From NCBI GenBank assembly GCA_964016885.1, contig OZ024743.1, positions 2,728,001-2,792,000 of the forward strand: 64,000 nucleotides of DNA. The letters are read 5' to 3'. Shown one piece after another: positions 50,115-60,745 of the stretch. Position 1 is the stretch's first letter; every line of letters begins with the position of its first letter. A program made the translations under genes and the position numbers. The notes under the pieces were generated by a model. That model worked only from the letters and a program-made list of their open reading frames with translations, was not told where the DNA came from and made no database searches. This DNA is from Eledone cirrhosa. Taxonomy: Eukaryota.

Positions 50115-51833
50115 AAAATGGAATGGGAACAAAACAGAGAGGCAGTACGAACAAAGGTTTATTAGTTTCACGCTCTTGAGAGTGGGGAGGGGGGGGGACG
50201 TTTCGGGCATAAGCCCTTCTTCAGGCGAAAAGTGGGTGGGAAGAGAGTTCCGAGGGTGTGTAGGGGAGTGGAGGAGAGACATTTAGAAAAAAGGGGGTTC
50301 CATGTTCAGGAAAAGGGGTGTGTGTCGGGTGGGGTGTAGGTCGGTGTGTGTGTGTGTATGGATGGGGAGGGTCAGAGGGGTGTGGGGGATTCCGGAGGCT
50401 GAGTGTGTATATATGTGGGGGTACGCACGTGTGTGTGGTGTTTATACGTTTTGTGGATGTAGGTGGCGTGGTTCGAAAAAAATGTTTTGTGAGTGTATGT
50501 CCGTGGGTAAGTTCCTAAGGTAGTTCCGTAGAGGGTGTGAAGAGCTGGCGGATATTTTCCATGTGGTGGAGTAGATAATGGGAACGATGGCCAATGGTGT
50601 GTAATCCGTGGTTGTGGTAGTCGGAAGAGAGGAGATGTGGGGTGCGCGCACAACAGGATGTGGTCAGAGGGTCAAGGCAGGATGAGGGTAGAGAAGAATA
50701 ACAGGTGGAGAGGACTGTGTGTCTGTGTGTGCGGAGAAGTGGTCAGAGGGTCAAGGCATAGCAGCAGTAGAGGAGAATGGCAGGTGGAGAAAGTCAGTGT
50801 GTCAGTGTGTGCGGAGATGCGGTGGACAGGGGAGAGGGTGGGTAGGTGTGAAAGGTGGAGTGAGGAGGGGGTCATGCGGGGTGTGTATTAGTAGAGGTGT
50901 TAGTGGGATGTGTGTGTGTGTGTGTGAAGGGGGTGGGTGGAGCGGAGAGAGGGAGAGAAAAGGTCTGGGGACGGTGGAGGGAGTGTAGTGTACTGGTGTG
51001 TGTGTGCGTGTTTGGATGAGTGTGTGTGTGGTGAAGGGGGTGTTAGTGGGTGTTAGTATACTGGTGGTGGGGAAAGGGTTGAATGCGGGTGTGTTAGTGG
51101 GGGTCAATAGTGGTAGGGTGTGTAGAGTGGGTGGTGTAAGTGGGTGTGGGTGTGTAGAGTGGGTGGTGTAAGTGGGTGTGGGTGGGTGTGTTCGTGTAAG
51201 TGGGGTCGGGGGGATGTTAGTGGTATTAGTTGTGGGTGGTTGGAGTGGATGTGTGGGTGAGGGTTAGTGGTGGTAGTAGGATGTGTGGATAGTGTGAGTG
51301 CGTGTATATATGTACCGGTGGGTGTGTGCGTGATAGGGGGAGGGGTGGGGATGTTAGTATTGTTAGTTGGGGGAGGATGGTCTGGGGTGGGGTGGGAGTG
51401 TTAGTATTGTTAGTTGTGGGGTGAGCCAAGGGGGTGGGCGGTGAAAAGGAGGAGTGTGTTAGTGGTGTTAGTGGGGGATATGGGGGAGGTAGGGCGGTCG
51501 AAGGCTAAATGAATAGGGGTGGGGAGTCAGGCCGGGGAGAGTGTGGGTCTGTAGGGTGAAGATGGTGCGTTGTTCGACCCTGAGGCGGGTGGCGGGTGTT
51601 CCGTGACATTGGAGTAGGCCACAGACTGTGGGGTGGTGCGCGGAATGTCCAGGGGAGCCAAAGTGGCGGGCGATGGGGGAACTCCCGCCGAGACGAATAT
51701 CCCGGAGGTGTTCGGTGAAACGGTCCGCCAGGCGACGTCCAGTCTGCCCGACGTAGGTTTCGCTGCACTCCGTGCAGCGAAACCTACGTAGACTAGGTTG
51801 GAGGAGGTGCAACGGAAGGCGTACCGGACAGAG

Positions 51834-51835
<2 letters not shown>
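50112..51835 (-). mobile_element. Penelope-like element 3' part: GIY-YIG endonuclease C-terminus plus a long C/A-rich terminal region
   Basis: FRCTSSNLVY..RCTECSETYVGQTGRRLADRFTEHLRDIR...IARHF..PGH...RLRVEQRTIFTLQT..PGL; hammerhead motif and AATAAA near the 3' end; flanked by (TA)n and (TG)n. Confidence 0.85.
50197..50224 (-). ncRNA. hammerhead ribozyme core in the Penelope terminal repeat
   Basis: Minus strand reads CTGAAGA-A-GGGC(TTAT)GCCC-GAAAC-GTC; stem I pairing is not evident. Confidence 0.6.

Positions 51836-51925
<90 letters not shown>
51836..51925. repeat. (TG)n microsatellite, ~45 units
   Basis: Read directly. Confidence 0.95.
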
Positions 51926-51927
<2 letters not shown>

Positions 51928-51994
51928 GTGGTGCTATTAAGTTAGACATGGCCTGGGCCAATACTGGCCGAAACCTATATATACATATATATGG

Positions 51995-52850
51995 TACTAG
52001 TGAGTAGAAAAATAGGACCCTGATTCTTTCAGGGAAGTGGCTCTGCACAATATGTAGAAAAGGAGTAGGCATAAACTCTATACGATGTACACAATGTAAA
52101 TCTTGGATACACAAGAGATGTCGTGGGATAACATGTAGACTAACAAGAAGAAATGATTTTGTATGTAGTTGATGCACAGGAGTTATCGACGAGAAGAGCG
52201 TCAGTGATGTGGGCGTTTTCCTATCAATTAGCTTCTGCTATCTAGATGACCTAGCAGCGGAGGAGGGTACTCTGAGAACATAATACCTAGAGTAAGGATA
52301 GGATGGAAGAAGTTTAGAGAACTATTCCCACTTGACAACAAAAAGTTTCTCCCTATGCATAAAAGGATGGCTGTAAGATGTCTATGTGAGAAGTGCGATT
52401 CTGCATGGTAATGAAACATGGGCAATGACTGCAGACGAAATGCGTACGTTGGAGAGAGGTGAAGCAACCGTGCTTCGCTGGATGTGCAATGTAAATATGG
52501 GAGAAATTCAGAGATCAAGGAGAAACTGGGTTTAAGAGGAATCATAAGTGGTGTGTAAGGCAGAAGACTGCATTGGTACGGATGATAATTGCTGGGTGAA
52601 GAAGTGCCAGAAACCCCAAATAGTAGGAAGCCACAGTAGAGGTAGACCAAGAAAGACCTGGGCGGTGGTGGTGAGAGCGGATCTCAAATCGCTGAAACTG
52701 ACAGAGATGACGAAGGAACGTGGCGAATAGAGATATGCCGTCCAACCCATGCGATCGTGGAAACCGGTCGATGTATATACATACATACATACATGCATAC
52801 ATACATACATGCATACATACATACATACACACATACATACATACATATAC
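51995..52850 (+). mobile_element. RTE LINE family 2-like 3' fragment with a Cys/His finger and (ATAC)n tail
   Basis: SGKWLCTICRKGVGINSIRCTQCKSWIHKRC, RVRIGWKKFREL, AILHGNETW, RGRPRKTWAVVVRADLK. Confidence 0.75.
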
Positions 52851-53639
52851 AAAATAAGGGGCGCACAGGATAAAGGCAAAGGAAAAACCAACGGAAATAC
52901 GGACATTCCAATCTTTTCTGTCAACCTCTGGAAATCTCTACAGTTTTGGTACATTAAGGTTGTTACCACTCATCCCAGAGCACATAGGAACATGACAAAA
53001 CAGGTAGAGAGAAGTTATGCTTTTAGGCAAATTACACTAATATAGAAGAAAGGCACCTCAAGCGCCTCAACTGACACACAGTCAAAGCGTTATCAAACTG
53101 ACAAGTGTTTCAGCCGGCCAAGACTTTCCACCCTTATGCATCTATGACTTGCATATGCATTGTGCTACCCGCGGTGCATCTTCCCGTAGTCACAGAAACC
53201 AATCGAAGATTTTTTTATCGATTCTTGTCTATTCGAAATGGTCCAGGTTAGTCTTCGACGCGTTTGTATTTATCGTTGTTATGGTATTAACTATGGCCAC
53301 ATGCATTTGGTGGATTTATTCTTGGTGCCACACTTTCTTAACTTTGTGTTAACTCTGGACAAAAATATATTAACTTTTCGCACGAGTACTTTGCGACTGC
53401 CTCAAATAATTCGATTGGTGCCTGCTATACTGTGGATACAACTTCGATTTTTCCTATTATATATATAAAGTGTTTTATAAATATATACTAGGAAGAGGCA
53501 ATTAGAAATCAATTTCTAGTGGTATAAAATTATAAGGGATATTTTGCAATTTTCCTCTTTTTCGTAGAGTTTGAAACTCACACAGAACACAAATAGGAAG
53601 AAAGAGAAATAAAAAGAAAAAAAAGTAAAAAAGAAAAGA

Positions 53640-53720
53640 AGGCCATTTTGAAGATTATGAAACTTCCGACCAATCAGGTTGGTAACCACCGAAGCAAGTG
53701 CTCGGGCAGGCCATTTTTTA
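53640..53720. promoter_or_regulatory. possible promoter-like motif cluster upstream of the GAB-family gene
   Basis: Two GGCCATTTT (YY1-like) sites, ACTTCCG (ETS-like) and CCAATCA within 80 bp in CpG-containing sequence; could be TE-derived. Confidence 0.2.
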
Positions 53721-54749
53721 AAAATTTACTTCAAACAACCGCAGCCACTGTTAAAATGTGTGCCTATCTATATATTTATATAACAAAACAAGAAGTAAAG
53801 GTTAATATTGTGTAAGTCATGTAGCATCGCTACTCCAATGATACGGTTTACTGTTAGAGAATTCCAACTTTTTTCTACTCAAATGTATAATTCTAATTTT
53901 TATAATAAATTTCTGTTTTTCTGAAATAACTCACAACTAATACGGGCTCCGTTCGTCACATCACTCTATAACAAGACTTGTTACCAATTTGGTTGTTAAA
54001 AAGGCTACACGGTAGTCTCATATCAGCTGCTACGACCGGCAATTTGTCAAGCCATTCTTCTTTCCTCTCTACTCGAATATATAGTATTGTTCTAGTTACT
54101 TCGACCCTACTGTTTCCACCCTAACGTCCATAGTACATGTGTCATCATTGGTGAAGGCTAATTACATTTCACTTCCCTCTTCTCTCACACACTATATATC
54201 TTACTCTTTCTCTCTTATAAACACTTTCACCATTCTCTCTTACTCATACACACCCTCAGTCAACAACCACCCTCCCTCTAGTTATCACTGTAGACAACAA
54301 CAGTTCGAACTAACATGATCTGTCCAGTCCACCCATGCAATATCTTTTTGTGGGGGAAGAGAATGTCACGACAGACGGGGGTGTTGGATGGAGTAGTCAC
54401 TCAGTCAATCTAGTTGAAATACAATCGCTCAGTCAACCTGAAAACCTAATATACTCCACCACCTTGTCAGAATAATAATAATAATAATAAAAAATATAAA
54501 GAAAGAAAAAAATATTTTACTAAAATAGATTATTTTGTTGGGATATTGTAGCATTTTTTCTTCTGTATTTGTTAAATACAAAAATTCATTATTTTATTAT
54601 TCCATTTTGTTATTTAATGCGGCTTCGCTGACCAGCTGAGGTCATTTATGTCGGAGTTGGTCACTTAATATCTTCATATCCTAAAACTACACTTCATCTC
54701 GTATTTCACTTCTCGTCGTTTTCTTTACTAAATCGCTTCTCCCCCCCCC

Positions 54750-54819
<70 letters not shown>

Positions 54820-55347
54820 ATAGTACTTAATAGATATATATTAAGTACTCTGGTATATTAAACACCCATTCTAATTTATATATATATATTTGCTATCGAA
54901 ATGTTGGGCTAAGATATATATATACATATACATGTGTGTATATATATATACACGTGTGTGTGTTTTATTTACACATCTATTCCACCGACAACACAAAGCA
55001 AATTTACGCTAACCATCATAATCATCGTTACCATTACAATTGTATTGTATATTGACGACTACTACAACTACTACCACCACCACTAATATTACTACTACTG
55101 CTGCCACCGCAATTGAATTCTAAGCTTCCGTCGGCATCATTGCTCTTTACAGTAGCAACTACTTCCCACCAAATATACATTCGTCCCACACTTTAATTAA
55201 TCAGTTTTTTTTAATAATATATTTTTTTAATTACAAACACTCAACCTTAAAACAAAATTTCCACCTCGGTCCTATAATTCTTTAATCGGAATCATTTAAT
55301 TCACACCTCTGAAGCTATCTATCTTTTTTATATTTTGAAAAGAGTGG

Positions 55348-55380
<33 letters not shown>

Positions 55381-55743
55381 CTCAAGAAGAAGCAGTAAGC
55401 TGAATATTTTAGTTAGAAAAAAAAAGAAGTAAAAAGTGTGAAGTATACAACGAAAATAAATTCGAAAAAGACGGAAATCAATTTTATAAAACGAGAGAAG
55501 AAATTTTGTTTACATTAAATGGATTATACATTTCATGGTGTGAGGAAAATATACCCGCTTCAGTTTCATTCTGGATAATATGTCTACGACGATGGTTACA
55601 TTGCGAGGATATACAATAAAAAATATATAACCAAGTCATTTAAACACACATATATATAAAGATATATATGTGTGTGTGTATGTATGTGTTCATTTGGAAG
55701 TAGATTTGAGAGGCGACGAGGCCATAAAAGAAATTAAGGAAAT

Positions 55744-55845
55744 ATGAACAAACTCGATTCTGTATTACATTCTGGATGGATGGTGAAATCTCCTCCACAT
55801 CAAGATCAACACAAGAAGTTAGGAACATGGAAACTATTTCAGCCT
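55744..55845 (+). CDS. GAB1: first coding exon of a GRB2-associated binder (GAB/DOS family) adaptor, PH-domain start: MNKLDSVLHSGWMVKSPPHQDQHKKLGTWKLFQP
   Basis: GWxxKSPP signature of GAB1/DOS N-termini; in-frame upstream TAA at 55735-55737; A at -3; phase-0 donor CCT|GTAAGT just before the expected WKRRWF strand. The symbol is family-level only. Confidence 0.75.
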
Positions 55846-57285
55846 GTAAGTATTAATTTAAAAAAAAAAATTGTTGGTTTTAAAATATCTCTTGCTCTTT
55901 TTGACAGATGAATGTATTTAATTTCTAAACCGACAACTCACTGACTCAACTTCTAAGCTGTTGTCCTTGTCTGTCTATATTTTTGTTCACACGTGCAGTC
56001 TATCTATCTATATAGACTTATGTATAAAATATATTAGTTTTTAATTCTATATCTTTAATCGAAGTCTATTATAGACGTGGTTAAACACTTCGCCTTTGTT
56101 TTAAAGTTGGACAACCAGCTCGTTTTCTGTTGAAATATTTCTACAGCTCACAGATCTTCAAACATTCTTGTCATTGAAGCAAGAGCTTCTAGCTATGTTG
56201 TTACTTGCTAGTTTTTCCTCTCACGGTGTCGCACTATTTTATTTATCGACATCAACCACACTAGCAAGCACGTTGTTGAAGTTAGGGTCTGGACAACACA
56301 CATACGCACGCAACTATAATGAACTTTATATATAAACACACACTAATGAAGTTACAGACAATCTTACGCACACACAAATACCCTCCTCCTTCCCATAATA
56401 TATAAACACAGTAATCATACACACACACACGCATACACAGATACCCACAATAATCTACTTACACACAATAATGAAGTTACATACAATCTTACACAATACG
56501 CAAATATCCACAAGGATGAACTTACAAGTTTATACACACAAACATAATAATAATTGTTTCTACTTTAGGCACAAGGCCAGCAATTAACCAGTGCATTACT
56601 GGTACTTTATTTTATCGACCCCGTAAGGGTGAAAGGCAAAGTCAACCTCACAATAATAAATGAACTTACACACAGGCATACACACATAGATACACATATA
56701 GACATACATACATGCACACAGATATACATATACATATATACATACACAGACAGTCTATGTATGAAATAGTTATCCAGTCAGCTAGTATGTAGAAGTCTCC
56801 CCGGCTGTCTTAATAAATTAGTCTTTAATTGGACCACGAGATAGATATATTGGTAGATGTTATAGCTTGGGTAGGTCATACTGCCAATATCTGACTCAAC
56901 ACACCACTTCCCACATCAAGATAGATATCGTTATAGTTTGGGAGGGTCGTATAACAATCTTTCTCAACACACAATTTCCCATAACAAGATATATATATAT
57001 ATATATACATTGGTGAATATTGTTATAGTTTGGGAGGTTCATACGTCTTTTTCAATGCACCATTTCACATCAAGAATCTTTAACTAATACAAAAAAAACA
57101 ATACAAAAAAAAAACTCAGGAATATTTTGGTAGTTAATCTGACTTTATCCTCTCAATTGACAGCGTGTATTGTTTTTCTTATTGACAACGAACTATATAT
57201 ATAGTTGCTTCAATACACTTGTGTGTGTGAAGTGTATTGAAGGAGGGTATGTGTTTCACTGGGTATATTACACCGATGGGCGGTG

Positions 57286-57326
<41 letters not shown>

Positions 57327-57374
57327 CGGACGTTAATTTTCGTTAATTCCTGAGCTGAAATACGAGTCTCGCTA

Positions 57375-57414
<40 letters not shown>

Positions 57415-57637
57415 ACGAGGGAACGTGTATATGTTTCGCTGTATATATTAATATAGGATGAATGATACTCGCTGTTGTTTGTTGTGTCATTCTTTTAATA
57501 CTGTCTGAATTATGTATTCCATCCCATATATATATGTTATATAATTATATATGTGTGTGTATATATATATGTTATATAATTATATATGTGTGTGTATGTA
57601 TATATATATATATATATTATAATTATGTATGTGTGTG

Positions 57638-57668
<31 letters not shown>

Positions 57669-58269
57669 CGTACTAATATCAAATGTTATAGCTCAAAATT
57701 TTAGAGAAAATGAGAAAATAGTCGAGCAAGATGAAGAGAGAGAAAGACAGATAACTAGAGAAAAAGAGAGACAGATTTGCTAAGAGAAAGAAAGAGAGAG
57801 GGGGTAGATACGTCTGTTTGTCTAGTTATGTGTGATAGTGGTGATGGAGGAAATACATTGTCAATAGAATTTCATCTTCATTTACAGTCCGAACCTTCTT
57901 CCTTAACTATGGCTCCCGGAAACCGAGCCTTTTACCACATTTTCCCCAACCTTCCTTCCTTTTCCACTCAATTCTACATGTAATAATTATTTTCTGAACA
58001 TTCTGAACATTCTGTGTTGTGTTGTCAATGGGAAAAAGACGTTATTTTAGTTGTTAAAACTGTCAACTTTTTACAAGTTGCAGGTTTAGCGTTTTATTAT
58101 TGCACTAAAAACCCCGCCAAGGTTAACTTTGTCTTTCATGCTTACAGTGTCGATAAAATAAAGTACCAGTAACGCACTAGAGTCGATTTAATCGACTTTC
58201 CTCTCCCCAACAAAATTGTTGGCCGTGTGCCTAAATCAGAAACTATTATTACAGTAAAATACTACATAT

Positions 58270-59160
58270 TTATTTCAATAAAATGTATGCAAATAAACAG
58301 TTTATATATAACCATGGAAATAAAAATAGAAGTACACATGCACTCTCAATCACACGTCACAGCAAGGGGGTATTGGAGTTTCCTTCTAATAATATTTGAG
58401 GTAAGCCAACGCATGCACAGCCTTGTCGTGGATGATAACCAAGCACCTTTCACCAGTGAGGTCACCCGTCTACAAATGACAAGGAGCTTGTTGGCAGTGG
58501 CCCAGCTCCCCCAAAATGTATTAGATGTTACAGGCTGAAAAAAAAAAAAAAAAAAAAGTTTGTCGGTAATTCCTGGTAATTTAGAATTTTATTCCGTTCG
58601 GCAGTGACCCTCACCTTTACCGTCGAATCCAAGATGTGGTAAGGTGCAAAAGTGTCGCTAACTGTGGTCTCTAAAATGAGACATTTACCTCATACTCAAG
58701 GAAAAAGAGTAAGACCATCTGGTCTCTTCCCATCAACCCTGGACAATCCTGCTGGCTTCAGAATTGAGGGGGATATTGACTTGAGACAGGGTTTGCTTGA
58801 TAATTAGGTTCAGCTCTGTTTGGTGGGCGAAGCGACCTACTTTCGTTCGGCAAGACAACTCATGAAAAGAGTGAGTAGAAGAGACTTGCCACAACATTTC
58901 AATCCCCCACAAATATCGGCTCCGACTCTGAGTTCAATGGAAATGCGGAGTTCTTCCAGACTGAATAATCCACCGATGCTGGCCACGGGCAAAGCATCAA
59001 TCCAGTCCTCCGAGAATTTTTGCTCTCGGAGAAAGTAAGTGGCACCTTGAATATTGATCAGATGGATCAAAGAGAGAGTTGAATGCATCTCTCGACCATA
59101 ACTTGCTTCAGTCTATCCTTTTATTGCACCAGGTACTGACAAACCCAGCCCCCTCATCTG
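58270..59160 (-). mobile_element. CRE-clade LINE 3' fragment (degraded)
   Basis: GLGLSV, DWIDALPVASIGGLFSLEELRISIELRVGADIC, TELNLIIKQTLSQVNIPSILKPAGLSRVDGKRPDGLTLFP. Confidence 0.8.
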
Positions 59161-59471
59161 TAGTGGTGCTTCATCCACCTTCCTGTTGGAACTAGTTCAT
59201 GTTGGAAAGGTGAAGATGTTACCCACCAGAAGGGAGCAAGCATGGATGGAAGAAAGAAAGAGGGAAGAGACCTAACCCCTAATCATTTCGGACGATGCTG
59301 CTTGGTGGCAGGATTCAGGAGAAAGTCTGACATGACCAAATATGAATTTATATACAGGATTGACTTTATTCCATAATTTGCATACACTTTGAGCTTTACT
59401 AATTTTCGAGAGAATCTTTTTAAAATCTGGCGAGGTAATCAGTTCACACACTCGAGCCGTACGGGGATACT

Positions 59472-59500
59472 AACGTTTCAAATCTCAGGATTTTCGTCGG
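59472..59500 (-). ncRNA. degenerate hammerhead-like motif
   Basis: Minus strand reads CCGACGA-AAATC(CTGA)GATTT-GAAAC-GTT; U4 is replaced by C and there is no clear stem I. Confidence 0.35.
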
Positions 59501-59615
59501 CGATTCTTAATGTACCGATCAACATATATATGTATATAATTGTTTGATTTTTACCAATAACTCTCTCTTTCTCCCCCCCCCCTCTCTCTCTCTTTACACA
59601 CACACATATATATAT

Positions 59616-60175
59616 ATCTTCTTCGCCCACTTATTCCTGAGAGGATCGTGGGGGCAGAGTCCTCGAGAACACCTTCCAGCGGGGTCTTGTCAGAAGCAAC
59701 CATCTCCGATTGCTCTAGCTGGATCCCCAAGTGAGATAAGCCGATCTCATGGATGTTATCCAACCATCTTGCTTGGCGTATACTCATGGGTTTGTGCCGG
59801 TTGGTTTTTCTGTAAAATTTGTCCAGCGATACTTTCCTGGGACATTCTAACTACATGTCCGTAATTTAAGAGCTGTGATCTCTTAATTCGGAGAAGTAGC
59901 AACTCGACCTGGAGCGACTCTCTGATCTCCGAGCTATGCACTCTATCGAGTAACGTTACTCTAAGGATCCTTCGGATGAACCATTTTAGTCGCTGGTATT
60001 CGCAATCGTATTCTTTCGGTCATTACCCAAGATTCTTGACCATAAGTGAGGGTTTGCAAGAATACTGAATTGAAGATAGAGAGTATGGCTTTTACACCTA
60101 CCTCCCTTCTGATTACCGAATGCTAAAGCTGGCGCATTACTGCACCAACTCCTGCAATTCTTGCACTTAATTTAG
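59616..60175 (-). mobile_element. RTE LINE family 1, 3' fragment (CpG-retaining)
   Basis: IRESLQVELLLLRIKRSQLLNYGHVVRMSQE; the same 3' UTR and GAA tail as the 6290 copy. Confidence 0.85.
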
Positions 60176-60344
60176 GGAAAGTCCGCGAATGCCAGTATAG
60201 AAATGGAGATATGTTATTCAAATGAGTACATCTTTTCGCTGACTTTGGTTCATATACTTCTGAAGAGATACATCACTCACTACATATGCTAGGTTTAATA
60301 TATACGTATTCTTCCTTGTTTGTATTATTATTATTATTATTATT

Positions 60345-60745
60345 AGTAGTATCGGTAGAGCGTCGGACAACATGCTTTGTGGCATAGTTACGATCCTTTA
60401 CGTTCTGAGTTCAAATCCCGTTGAGGTTAGCTTTGCCTTTCATCCTTATGAGGTTGATAAAATAAAGTACCAGTATGCACTGGGGTAATTTTAATCGACT
60501 TTGCCCAAACCCCAAAATTTGCTGGCCTTGTGTCTAAATCAGAAACCATTATTGTGGATTGGCAGTATCGGTAGAGGGTCGGACGCCATGCTTTCCAGCA
60601 TAGAGTTACGTCCTTTTACGGTCTGAGTTCAAATCCCGCCGAGGTTAACTTTGCCTTTCATCCTTAAGGGTCGATAAAATAAAGTACCAGTAATGCACTG
60701 GGTAATTGCTGGCCTTGTGCCTAAAGTAGAAACAATTATTATTTG
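60345..60745 (+). mobile_element. two tandem family B SINEs separated by a TTA-rich tail
   Basis: Two complete head-core-tail units. Confidence 0.8.
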
